From IMG/VR virus record IMGVR_UViG_3300007778_000001, positions 1 through 40,143 of that record: a stretch of DNA of 40,143 nucleotides; one strand, 5' to 3'. Origin of the DNA: a virus. Taxonomy: Duplodnaviria; Caudoviricetes. The notes beneath the pieces were generated by a model. It was not told the origin of the DNA and ran no database searches. It worked only from the letters and a program-made list of their open reading frames with translations. The position numbers and the translations under genes are program-made. This document shows positions 8,856 to 18,020 of the stretch, in pieces (position 1 is the stretch's first letter; each line of letters starts with the position of its first letter).

Positions 8856-9775
8856 TTTCCGTTAGCGTGTTTGTATTTAATAAGTCGATGGCTTTTATAC
8901 TCGTGCATACGGCTATATTTTCGCATTACCTTACTCATATAACGGTCATAATACTTTAAAACCGTTGGGTGTGTTAAACCCTTGTTCCCGTAAATCGAAA
9001 GAATAGTTTTACGTTTTAGTACGTCTGCCAAATTAGGTTCGTGCCTTTGCCCAAAATAAATAGGGTTAGGTTCAATGTCTGGCTTTATTCCCATTTTAGC
9101 GATTGATACATTAAAGGTCAATTCGTCTGGGAAAATATCGCGCGGGCTTCCTGGAGGTCCCCAAGTCATCGTTAAGTCTTTCACGTCTAAACGATTTTTA
9201 TCGTGTGCTTTTACTATCTCAAAGAACTTCGCGGAATCAGGCTTTCTAAAATAAGCAACCGAACTTTGAATAGCGGGTATCTTTGCTTCTTCCGTAAGGT
9301 TGTAATGATCCCATAAATCGCTATGTTTAGCCCATATATTATATTCGTAGTCCTCTTCTTCTTTACTTCCCCAACCTATTACCACCGTTCGGTAATATCC
9401 TTTCTCCTCACTTAGTTTGTCTAATAATGGCGTTACATCAGCAAGGGCGCACCCGTCAACGTCTAAATAAAGATTGTGTTTGAAATAAGCAATATCGTAA
9501 ACGGCACATTTGACTTGAGCAGGGTTTAACTTACCGTCCCGGTGGGTAATTTTTTCTCCTAAAATAGTAACGATGTCAAACGCCCAACTGTACTGTTCGC
9601 TATAAAAACGCTCTTCGGTTGCGACTTGAATAACAATATCAGGATTGTGAAATTTTAAGGAGCAAGCCATATTAAAAGCCATTTCCATATACTGCCTATT
9701 CCCAAAGGCAAGCAATACAACGCCTTTTTGTGCCGTTGGTTTCTTTTTCTTTACGTGCTTAATAGTTTCACTCAT
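8852..9775 (-). CDS. GT-A fold glycosyltransferase (GT8/GT77-like)
   Basis: GVVLLAFG, SLK, LYLDVD (DxD), SSVAYF, DE motif. Confidence 0.65.
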   Translation of the reverse strand: MSETIKHVKKKKPTAQKGVVLLAFGNRQYMEMAFNMACSLKFHNPDIVIQVATEERFYSEQYSWAFDIVTILGEKITHRDGKLNPAQVKCAVYDIAYFKHNLYLDVDGCALADVTPLLDKLSEEKGYYRTVVIGWGSKEEEDYEYNIWAKHSDLWDHYNLTEEAKIPAIQSSVAYFRKPDSAKFFEIVKAHDKNRLDVKDLTMTWGPPGSPRDIFPDELTFNVSIAKMGIKPDIEPNPIYFGQRHEPNLADVLKRKTILSIYGNKGLTHPTVLKYYDRYMSKVMRKYSRMHEYKSHRLIKYKHANGK

Positions 9776-9791
9776 TGTTTTGGTTGAAAAC

Positions 9792-9823
9792 GATTAGAGG
9801 GGCTAAAAACGCCCCTCTTAATC
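9792..9823 (-). terminator. Hairpin/terminator after major tail gene
   Basis: AGAGGGGC/GCCCCTCT stem. Confidence 0.6.
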
Positions 9824-10366
9824 TTAATTGGTAAATATACCGGTCGGTGCAGCGTATATCGACATCATATCGAAATAAGTCCATTTTGCTGTTCCCATAT
9901 ATCCGGTTAATTCCCCGGTTGATTCTGGAACCATATCACGGACTTGAAAATCCGCTGGCACTTCTTCGAGAACGCGAATCGTATCGCTTTCCGCTAAGTG
10001 AGCGACTAAAAACGCACGTCTGCGGTTTAGCTCATTGTAAAACGAGTTATTCCCGCCGCTTACGTTATTATCGACCCAAGTAAATGTACGGTCGTAGTTT
10101 ACAGTAAAGTTGTCAGAGCTTCCACCTACCGGATTTGTGATCTCGCGTGGAGATGCTTCCGGAAGTTGGCCTCTAATTCCTTTAATGACCTTGACCTCTC
10201 CTGCCGCTATTGCCGTAGCCCATTCCGCTTCATTAGTCCAATCAGTAATTGACGCTTGATCGCATTCTACGATGGCTAAACCATCAATGCCCCCAGTTTC
10301 ATAATCCTGACAACTAACTTGTGCGTGGTCTGGCAATTCCGAACAGTTATAATCGCAAGTAGCCAT
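9824..10366 (-). CDS. Major tail tube protein (putative)
   Basis: 180 aa, acidic and beta-rich, own promoter and terminator, same 5' pseudoknot as the capsid gene. Confidence 0.6.
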   Translation of the reverse strand: MATCDYNCSELPDHAQVSCQDYETGGIDGLAIVECDQASITDWTNEAEWATAIAAGEVKVIKGIRGQLPEASPREITNPVGGSSDNFTVNYDRTFTWVDNNVSGGNNSFYNELNRRRAFLVAHLAESDTIRVLEEVPADFQVRDMVPESTGELTGYMGTAKWTYFDMMSIYAAPTGIFTN

Positions 10367-10387
10367 AGTTGCTATGTTTACATTTTT

Positions 10388-10431
10388 TCCGACTCAATTT
10401 ACTGCCCGTCCATCGGATTCAATTAGGCAAC
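10388..10431 (-). ncRNA. H-type pseudoknot motif, copy 3 (tail tube 5' UTR)
   Basis: GUUGCCUAA...UCCGAU...GGGCAGUAAA...GUCGGA. Confidence 0.7.
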
Positions 10432-10467
10432 TACTACGGGCTTCTAAGATAGTGAAAATCAATACAT

Positions 10468-10561
10468 AAAAAAACCCCGTGCAAGGGAACACGAGGTTTT
10501 TTAACGGTAGAGGTATTAACGGGAGGGGTAAAATACCTGTCGGCTGAACGGTTCAAATATA
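10468..10561 (-). ncRNA. Candidate ~80-nt sRNA unit (promoter 10554-10561, terminator 10468-10502)
   Basis: TATATTTG, internal AGGUAUU/AAUACCU hairpin, ACCUCGUG/CACGGGGU stem plus U-run, no ORF. Confidence 0.4.
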
Positions 10562-10572
10562 CAATCTTTTTA

Positions 10573-10580
10573 TATATTTG
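10573..10580 (+). promoter_or_regulatory. Plus-strand TATATTTG promoter, back-to-back with the minus-strand promoter
   Basis: TAnnTTTG match upstream of the structured region and RHH gene. Confidence 0.55.
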
Positions 10581-10585
10581 CCATA

Positions 10586-10870
10586 TCCAACCAAATAAAA
10601 GTTGGTTGTTTGTGGTCGGTTGAACACGGCAGCGCAAACGTAAAACACCGGAAACTGTGACTGATCGCGTCCGGAACTCAAACCTAAAGAAGCTGAGAGG
10701 ATCTAAGGGCCGCAATAGGCGAATCGGTTAAATAGCTTCAAACTTTCACAAATTGCCTATTTGTGTGAAAGCCTCGAACGTCCCAGTACGCTCAAGCAAA
10801 AAAAGGTTTCCCCACTAAGCTGTAACGGACTTAGTGCAAGGGGAACCTCTGCCTCTTCCTGAACCCAGAA
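10586..10870 (+). ncRNA. Candidate structured RNA/leader or origin-associated element
   Basis: Several helices and a possible pseudoknot, no credible ORF. Confidence 0.4.
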
Positions 10871-10956
10871 ACACTAAGCAATTAACATTCTTACTAACTA
10901 TAAGAGTGAAGTAAGTTACTTTATGTGAAAATCAATTAATCAAAAATCCAATTTCG

Positions 10957-11097
10957 ATGAAAAACAAAAAAAAATACCCTATCGTAGCATTCAGAATAGA
11001 TCCGGAGCAACTGGATCGCCTAGACACGTATGCAAAGGGCAAAGGAATAACCCGCAGTAAAGCGATAAAGGAACTATTGAAACACGGAATTAAATAA
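10957..11097 (+). CDS. Ribbon-helix-helix (CopG/Arc-like) DNA-binding protein, 46 aa (not in ORF track)
   Basis: MKNKKKYPIVAFRIDPEQLDRLDTYAKGKGITRSKAIKELLKHGIK: beta strand, helix, G-x-T-R-S turn, helix. Confidence 0.8.
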   Translation: MKNKKKYPIVAFRIDPEQLDRLDTYAKGKGITRSKAIKELLKHGIK

Positions 11098-11106
11098 CCT
11101 CCGGAT

Positions 11107-11221
11107 AAAAGAAACCCCCGAGTATTGGCGTACTCGAGGGCGGAATTTTTTCGGTTAGATTTTGGCTATAAATATGTTTTCAAACCGAGTGAACGGGTGC
11201 GACCGTTCGTGTACAAATATA
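11107..11221 (-). ncRNA. Candidate ~100-nt sRNA unit (promoter 11214-11221, terminator 11107-11140)
   Basis: TATATTTG, GAACGG/CCGUUC hairpin, CCCUCGAGUA/UACUCGGGGG stem plus U-run, no ORF. Confidence 0.4.
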
Positions 11222-11222
11222 T

Positions 11223-11258
11223 AAAAAGCCCCGGCACTATCAAAACCGAGGCTCTTTG
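11223..11258 (-). terminator. Terminator of tail operon
   Basis: AGCCUCGG/CCGGGGCU stem plus U-run. Confidence 0.6.
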
Positions 11259-11303
11259 CACTTGAGTAAGTAACCACTCTACTAAAAGTACAATTTAATA
11301 AAA

Positions 11304-12863
11304 TTATTGCTTTCGGGCTAAACTATTTTGTGGAGTAGGTAAAATTTCAATCTCCCCACCCGCTACACAAGCGTTTTTATCAAAGTCAGGAGAAATACCA
11401 TCGCCCTCAAAGGTGTATGCTTCGGCTGTATTTATCGCATCTCCTATAATCACGTCAGGTAAGCTAAGCATATACATTAACGCTTCCCATTGATAAACAG
11501 GAATAGGGTGTATCCGCATCCTCCTAGACTTGAACGTTTCAGACCAGATATTAGATAACTGACCATTAGCTCCACGATAAGACTGAAAATCGCGCTGAAA
11601 TGATTTTGGCAACCAATCGGCTTCTATTCGCATTAGAAAAGAACCAGATATGCTGCCCAAAAGATTAATAAATAAATCGTTATACCAGCCGTCATTAATA
11701 TCGTTAACAGACCCCGCAACTATCAATAAAGTCTCAACATCCGGATCGGCTTTCATAAACGGAACGCTTTCCAAAGTGCTATCTAATAACGTAATTAAGC
11801 AACTAGCATTTGTTACGGAAGCATCACCCCCAGCCATAGCAATACGAACCTTATAGGGCCCGTCTGTTCCGAAAGTACCTGTTAATTTTTGTTGATAACT
11901 ACCAGCCGTATTAAATGTACTAGTAACAGTATTAACTATACTATTTGAAACGTCATATACGTTGATGACAACTGCATTGGAACCACTATCAACGCGCCAT
12001 TGTACAGCAATCTCATAATCATCGTTATCGTAAGTGTCCGGTAAAGTTTGCTCTATGTAAGCCCCTCCACCAGTAAAATCAAATTCATCGTTTACATCGT
12101 CAAAACTAATCGGTCCTGTTGGGTTCCATTCTAATTCAGCATCTACCGAACTACAGCTAAAATCCCCACAAACAAAAGCTTCGGTAGTGCCAAATGATTT
12201 GGCAAGCAGAGTAAAACAATCCGGTGCGCTCAATAAATTAAAATCGAATGCTAAATTTTGTTGATATACGGCATAAAAAGCCCCTGGTATCAAAGTCTCC
12301 GCACCTGTTTGACTGTCCTTAAAATAAATCTCTACATCGTTATTAATCCGAGTTAATGATGCCGTTGATATACCAAAATCAAAATACCCCGGATCGCTTT
12401 CAATAGTAATATCTGTACCGTCAGACTGACCATAAATATCAATAAAAGTTCCAGAAGAGTTACTGGCAAAAATACAAGCTTCATTAGTCCCAAACTTAAC
12501 TTTTGGTATTCCGGCATTACAATCTTCATCCTGATAATCTCTGCGGTAACTGGTAGCAAAAACCCTTATTCTAAGCTTGTAATAATCTCCAGGGGTTAGT
12601 AAACCGCTTTGGCTTATGCTTCCCCCGCTTATACGCCCCGCTACGACTGCGTAATTACTAGTCAAGTCCGTAAACGTGCCGCTATCAACCGTCCAACCTG
12701 CAAATGTCTGGTCTAAAAGATTATCTCCAGTATCGCCAAGCAACTGAAAAGATAAGGTATCGTTGTTCAAAAAATACTGCGCTTGAATATCGTTTTTGCA
12801 GAAATTCAAATCGTTTTCAATACCGAACTGTACGGGTTGATTTGGTATGTTAGATAAAGCCAT
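11304..12863 (-). CDS. Tail/baseplate structural protein
   Basis: 519 aa, acidic and beta-rich, in the tape-measure operon. Confidence 0.6.
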   Translation of the reverse strand: MALSNIPNQPVQFGIENDLNFCKNDIQAQYFLNNDTLSFQLLGDTGDNLLDQTFAGWTVDSGTFTDLTSNYAVVAGRISGGSISQSGLLTPGDYYKLRIRVFATSYRRDYQDEDCNAGIPKVKFGTNEACIFASNSSGTFIDIYGQSDGTDITIESDPGYFDFGISTASLTRINNDVEIYFKDSQTGAETLIPGAFYAVYQQNLAFDFNLLSAPDCFTLLAKSFGTTEAFVCGDFSCSSVDAELEWNPTGPISFDDVNDEFDFTGGGAYIEQTLPDTYDNDDYEIAVQWRVDSGSNAVVINVYDVSNSIVNTVTSTFNTAGSYQQKLTGTFGTDGPYKVRIAMAGGDASVTNASCLITLLDSTLESVPFMKADPDVETLLIVAGSVNDINDGWYNDLFINLLGSISGSFLMRIEADWLPKSFQRDFQSYRGANGQLSNIWSETFKSRRMRIHPIPVYQWEALMYMLSLPDVIIGDAINTAEAYTFEGDGISPDFDKNACVAGGEIEILPTPQNSLARKQ

Positions 12864-15327
12864 TAGACTTAATTTTTAAGTTTGTTATTCCATTTCGGAT
12901 TTGTCGTGAATACTCAACTACGCGACCTCTACGCAAATCAGCAAATTGAACTGGCTGATTAATTGCCCCTAAATTAAACGGGTCGTAAATCCACAACCAT
13001 TTTATTCTAATCTCAAGGGTCGCTCCTGATCCGGTAGAAACTACCCTAAAACCAACGTAGCGGATATCTCCATTACCACCACCAGAGTTTTTATCCGTTA
13101 CCCCACTAAAATATCCACCTGCATAAAGTGAACCTGTTGTCGGATCGTAATTTGTTCCACTTCCAATTTCAAGCATTGTAAAGTCGTACGAAGGACCTCC
13201 TATGTCATCAAATGCCACTAATTCAATTTTGCAATTTTGGTTATTGGCGTTCATTTCTTCAAATTCGACCATCCAACCTATGTAGCTGTTCTTTAATTCA
13301 TCCCCAAAATTCCGCCCTAAATCGTAATAAAATATACCTCCGCTTGGGTCTGCATATCTTACCTCAACGGCCCCCGGATTCCAACGATAAACCCAACTTC
13401 CGGCTGACGTTCCATATCGGTCGCTTTCCCATCCGTTGACTTGATTTGCAAACGTAGGCGAAGTTTCATATTGACCTAAAGCAAAGTTGTGATTTTCTAA
13501 CTGGTTTGGTCCTATGTTACGGCTTTCCAACAAACGCGCTTTGTTATTATTTAATTCTACATTGTCCAGCTCAACAAAACTGACGTAATCTGTGCCTAGC
13601 ATATCTGTTTCAACGAGCTGATCATTTCCTCCATTGTAGTCGTAATACTTTGATTTGTAATAGCTCGGCCAATAATACCTCCAAGTAAAAGTTAATGGAA
13701 AGAAATCATCTTGAAACGTAGTCCCCGCGCCTGTTAAAGTGTATTGATTGAAATACTCTGGATCATTAGCACCAGACTGTACTCGAATAGGACCGGGAGC
13801 AATGTTTTTTAAAGCCTGATATAAAGCCACATCACTTGGTTGCGCTCCGGCTGCCGTGCTATCAAATATCAAATTCGTTACCGCATCAATTTCCCCGCTT
13901 TGACTATTCTGCTCGCCAAAAACTTCAATAGGCTCAAAATCTTCTGAATTAGCAAAAGTCTTAGGCTGACCTATTGACATCGAATTAGGGTTATCTGTTA
14001 TGCGTGTTTCTATGAGCTTTCTTTGATTTTCTATGGTAATACCACTATCATAAAGCCGAAAGCTCTCACGTAAGTAAAAATAAGGCTCAATACGCACCGT
14101 AGGTATCCCGTTCGGCTTGTAAAAGTTAAGCGTGCAAGCAAACCACTTTCTAAGCTCTGTAAATAACTCATCAAAACTTACCCTAAAACCATCGTAATCT
14201 CCTGCCCCTGGATTAAAAGGCATAAGAACAGGGTAGCGCGAGGCAAAATTTTCCTCTAATAAATTCTCAAAATAGTTGCTATCTAACCTAGCTCGTCCGT
14301 CTGTTAAATAGCAAATGATATAACGTAAAGCCTCGTGCAGTTCATAAGCATAAGTGTTCCCATCGACATCACACCAAAGCTGTGGCAAGCCTGTAAACCC
14401 TTCCTCGGCATATAATTCCATTCCTACCTTTTCAGATCTCCGGCTATTAATGATTTCAGCAATATCCGTGCTTTCCACTTCGGCTATGTAGGTATCACCG
14501 TAGTAATTCATCGTTACACTTCCACCGACATCTTGGTAACGATTGAGCCTGCTTTCTAAACGTATTGCGCTCTTAATTACTCGGCCATTAAAATACTCTT
14601 TCCAAGTTGCCCCGTTGTCCTCGCTGTATTCAATTAAAACGGGAATAAAATCAGGGTCGTAGGGTATGCTAGGAAAACCATAGATTTCGGTATCAGTTGC
14701 GTTTTCATCCCGCCCTAATAGCTTACGGATAGCATCGTAGCATTTGCCAAAAAAAGTTAAATCAGTAATCGAATCAACAGAACGGCCCTGCAACGTGTCA
14801 TCTTCGACTATTTGTAATTCGGCATCGTTTAACTCTGGTGGCAAGTCCACTTCAAATGGCGTATTCCAAAGCCACTCATAAACATAGATAAAAAGCACTT
14901 TTTGATCGCGAGCAGAAGATCCGCTAAACTTAATTTGAAGGTAATCATCCTCTACGCACAGCATATTTTTGTATTCAACTTGCTGAACTGTCAAAGTCGG
15001 GAAATCTTCTACTCCATATCTTCCACACCTAATTGCTAAATTATTCCCAATAGAATCCGCAACGTGTTGAACTCCTACTAAATACTCGTGTCCCGGAATA
15101 AATAAGCCCGGTATAGTTAATAGCTGATCATCTGAATTACTATCCCACTCAATAGCCCCTAAATTGTAAATTAACCCGCTTGTTCCAATAGGCCAATCAT
15201 TTGGGCCGCTTGTGGCTAATCGGTCATTAAAGTTATCTAAATCAATTTGGCTTGGCGCACTATATAAAGAGTTGTTGGCTACTATTCTAACCGTTCTCTT
15301 GCCAATACTCATTCTAAACTTAGCCAT
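12850..15327 (-). CDS. Tail tip/hub protein (likely start 15327, MAKF)
   Basis: ~825 aa, directly after the tape measure gene. Confidence 0.6.
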   Translation of the reverse strand: MAKFRMSIGKRTVRIVANNSLYSAPSQIDLDNFNDRLATSGPNDWPIGTSGLIYNLGAIEWDSNSDDQLLTIPGLFIPGHEYLVGVQHVADSIGNNLAIRCGRYGVEDFPTLTVQQVEYKNMLCVEDDYLQIKFSGSSARDQKVLFIYVYEWLWNTPFEVDLPPELNDAELQIVEDDTLQGRSVDSITDLTFFGKCYDAIRKLLGRDENATDTEIYGFPSIPYDPDFIPVLIEYSEDNGATWKEYFNGRVIKSAIRLESRLNRYQDVGGSVTMNYYGDTYIAEVESTDIAEIINSRRSEKVGMELYAEEGFTGLPQLWCDVDGNTYAYELHEALRYIICYLTDGRARLDSNYFENLLEENFASRYPVLMPFNPGAGDYDGFRVSFDELFTELRKWFACTLNFYKPNGIPTVRIEPYFYLRESFRLYDSGITIENQRKLIETRITDNPNSMSIGQPKTFANSEDFEPIEVFGEQNSQSGEIDAVTNLIFDSTAAGAQPSDVALYQALKNIAPGPIRVQSGANDPEYFNQYTLTGAGTTFQDDFFPLTFTWRYYWPSYYKSKYYDYNGGNDQLVETDMLGTDYVSFVELDNVELNNNKARLLESRNIGPNQLENHNFALGQYETSPTFANQVNGWESDRYGTSAGSWVYRWNPGAVEVRYADPSGGIFYYDLGRNFGDELKNSYIGWMVEFEEMNANNQNCKIELVAFDDIGGPSYDFTMLEIGSGTNYDPTTGSLYAGGYFSGVTDKNSGGGNGDIRYVGFRVVSTGSGATLEIRIKWLWIYDPFNLGAINQPVQFADLRRGRVVEYSRQIRNGITNLKIKSNGFI

Positions 15328-17734
15328 ACCATTTTCGGTTTTTGGTTCTTGATTTACGCAATTCACTTGCCAATCGCTCCGTTCCTTTTCTCTGCTCCTT
15401 TCGTCCGGCCCTACCCTCGGTTAAAAGAGTGTTGATAATTCCTTTATCACTAAAGTCATTACGTCCCTGACTAAAAGCCAACCCGCTTAAAAGCTCTTTA
15501 TTTCCTAATATGTAGTCCGACATTAACACATCGTTTATCCGCTTGTCATTATCCTCGTGCATAGCAGTTAATAAAGACTTGTGTTTTTTAGTGGTTTTAG
15601 CCTTCATTACACTTTCGCCCTTCGATAAGCGTGCAATAATACTATCGCTTGTTTCCGTTCCTGGTCCTTGTAATCCAATAACCCCTTCGGCATAAGCTGG
15701 TATTTCTAAAGATTGAATAATTGCTGCTTGCGCTGCGGCTAAACCTCCATATACGGCTGCTAATACCGGACCTCCAGTAATTAACCCCGATAAAGTCGCT
15801 TGAGCCACATCAATCAAACTTTGGAAAATGGCTGACTTTTTATTTTGCTCGTTTTTCTTTCTTAGAGCATCTGCGCCTAGCTCTTCAAATTCCTTTTGAG
15901 TAATCTCTTCGGCTGCTAACTGCGCTTGTAGCCTTTGCATTTCCTGATCATACTCCTGTTGATTCTTAGCCCTGTTAATTTCGACAATACGAGAAGCAGC
16001 TTGTGCTGCGAGCTGTACACCTTGCCTTCTTATTTCTTCTTCTAGATCCTCCTTACTTTGAGCAGCTTCTTCTAATTTTTTTTGGTTTTCTTCCGCATTT
16101 TTTACGTTTTCATCTGCTGCTTTTTTAGTTGCTTCATTACTTTGATCTAAGAACTCATCAATCCTTTCCGTATCCCTTCGCAAACTTTTATCAGGGTAAA
16201 CCCGTACGCCACCTTCTTCAAAATCTCCAAACATTCCCTGATCTACCTCATTAGCGATATCACCAAACACTTCAAGTAATGATTTAGCTTCTTTAGTTGC
16301 CTTTACAACCTCATCTTTCATTCCGGCAGTAGCATCTTTTATTTGATCGGTAACCCCCTTGTATTCGTTCATTGTAGCAATAAACTCTGGCGAACCAATA
16401 GGCAACCTTTCAAGCTCTTGTCTTAACTCGGCTTGTTGTTTTTTCAAACTTTCTAAAGTGGTTCCGGTTGCCTCTGCATTATCGTCAAGTAAGTCATTTT
16501 GCTTATCTAATTCAGCGTTTTCTTCTTCTAGCTGATTCTTGGCTTGCTCAATAGCCCGTTCGCTTTCGGCTTGAAGCTGAATAAAACTTGCCCACGATGG
16601 ATTAACCAAAGCTAACCAGTTATTCGTTTCATTCATCGCAGTTGCCGTGCTTAATGCTCCTGTTGTCAGGTCAATCAAACCTTTTGCTGCTCGTCCTAAA
16701 ATCCCCTCTCCATCCTCTAAGCTCAAAATCAACCCGTCCCAAGCACTTTTCAAGATCGTAATAGACCCGGTCAAAGTATTTAACTGCTCATTAGCCATCG
16801 TTTCAGCCGTTCCTGCTGCTTGCTCTAACTTCTCATTTAGATTGGCTACATCACCCGCAGCACCCGCTATAATGTTCGCAGCCGTAGATCCACGCTTGCC
16901 AAACAAGTCCAAAGCCGTTGCGTTGCGGTCCGTGCTTTCATTAATCTTTTGCATCGCCTCATCAAACGTCAAACCTTTAGCAGAAAGCTCTAAAAAGATA
17001 TTACGAAGTGAAGTACCAGCTGTCGAAGCATCTAAACCTCGATCTGCCAAAACGCCAAGCAAAGCAGTTGTTTGCTCAATACTAACCCCCGCGCTATCGG
17101 CTACGGGAGCAACTGTTCGCATAGCCACCTCGAACTTACCAAGATCTAAAGCTGAACTGCTAAACGACTTGGCCATTACATCAACTACCCTTTGAGTTTC
17201 AGAAGCATCTAACCCAAAACCCCGAACCGTTGCACCGGCAATAGAAGCCGCTTGACTAAGATCCGATTGAGTGGCTGCCGCTAACTGTAAAGTAGCTTCT
17301 GTTACCTGCAAAATCTCACGTTCCGAAAATCCTAACTTAGCAAACTCCGTTTGCAACTTTGATACTTCATTAGCAGTAAAAGCCGTTGACGCTCCTAAAC
17401 GCTTCGCATCGTTTGATAGGGCCGTTATCTGCTGGCGAGTCTTACCTAAGATTGAAGCCAACCTTGCATTTTCTTGTTGAAAGTCTGAAATAGTCTTAAT
17501 GGCATCCCGAATAAGTTGCTGTGCAGCAAAGGCAGCGGCAAACTGCGCACCTACCTTTTTCAACGTTCCGCCAAGCTTAGAACCCGCTTTATCTACTCCT
17601 TTGACTTCTTTTTTAACCTTGTCGATTTGTCCGGCAAGTTCTTTGTTTTGCTTTTCAACAGCTTCGAGTTGCTTCTGATACTTCTTTATATCAGCCTCGT
17701 AAACGTTGATTATCTGATTAACTTTTTTTGCCAT
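15320..17734 (-). CDS. Tape measure protein (TP901-family core)
   Basis: AKRLGASTAFTANEV...LAAAT, GLDASTAGTSLR, Ala-rich helices, GPGTETSDSIIARLSKGE. Confidence 0.92.
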   Translation of the reverse strand: MAKKVNQIINVYEADIKKYQKQLEAVEKQNKELAGQIDKVKKEVKGVDKAGSKLGGTLKKVGAQFAAAFAAQQLIRDAIKTISDFQQENARLASILGKTRQQITALSNDAKRLGASTAFTANEVSKLQTEFAKLGFSEREILQVTEATLQLAAATQSDLSQAASIAGATVRGFGLDASETQRVVDVMAKSFSSSALDLGKFEVAMRTVAPVADSAGVSIEQTTALLGVLADRGLDASTAGTSLRNIFLELSAKGLTFDEAMQKINESTDRNATALDLFGKRGSTAANIIAGAAGDVANLNEKLEQAAGTAETMANEQLNTLTGSITILKSAWDGLILSLEDGEGILGRAAKGLIDLTTGALSTATAMNETNNWLALVNPSWASFIQLQAESERAIEQAKNQLEEENAELDKQNDLLDDNAEATGTTLESLKKQQAELRQELERLPIGSPEFIATMNEYKGVTDQIKDATAGMKDEVVKATKEAKSLLEVFGDIANEVDQGMFGDFEEGGVRVYPDKSLRRDTERIDEFLDQSNEATKKAADENVKNAEENQKKLEEAAQSKEDLEEEIRRQGVQLAAQAASRIVEINRAKNQQEYDQEMQRLQAQLAAEEITQKEFEELGADALRKKNEQNKKSAIFQSLIDVAQATLSGLITGGPVLAAVYGGLAAAQAAIIQSLEIPAYAEGVIGLQGPGTETSDSIIARLSKGESVMKAKTTKKHKSLLTAMHEDNDKRINDVLMSDYILGNKELLSGLAFSQGRNDFSDKGIINTLLTEGRAGRKEQRKGTERLASELRKSRTKNRKWYG

Positions 17735-18020
17735 GTCTCGGGTTTGCTTTCTCTGCCCTAAATTTACAAAGATTTAGCCAACCCCGAACAGACAACTTTC
17801 GTATCTCCCTCATATTGTGCGCTTCTCCCTCGGCTAAAAGAGTAATGCTATGCTCCCGGTTTTCAATCATTCGGCTAATTGAGTATCGCCAAAAATTCGA
17901 TTTATCACTTGCGCTTTCTGCTTTTCTTTTTCGCGGTAATGGTCCAAAAGTCGCCTCATACTGATCTGCGATTTGCTTGTAAAGGGCAAGAACTCGTTCC
18001 ACCCCGCTTTGTCGAAAAAA
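17718..18020 (-). CDS. Tail assembly chaperone extension (-1 frame; alternatively a separate 50-aa gene from 17870)
   Basis: Open -1 frame from slippery T_TTT_TTC (18020-18014) to the tape-measure start. Confidence 0.5.
   Translation of the reverse strand, partial: FFRQSGVERVLALYKQIADQYEATFGPLPRKRKAESASDKSNFWRYSISRMIENREHSITLLAEGEAHNMREIRKLSVRGWLNLCKFRAEKANPRHGKKS

Noticed and set aside
10434-10715. 93-aa minus-strand ORF in the regulatory island
   Set aside because: It runs across promoters and a terminator, and its composition is atypical.
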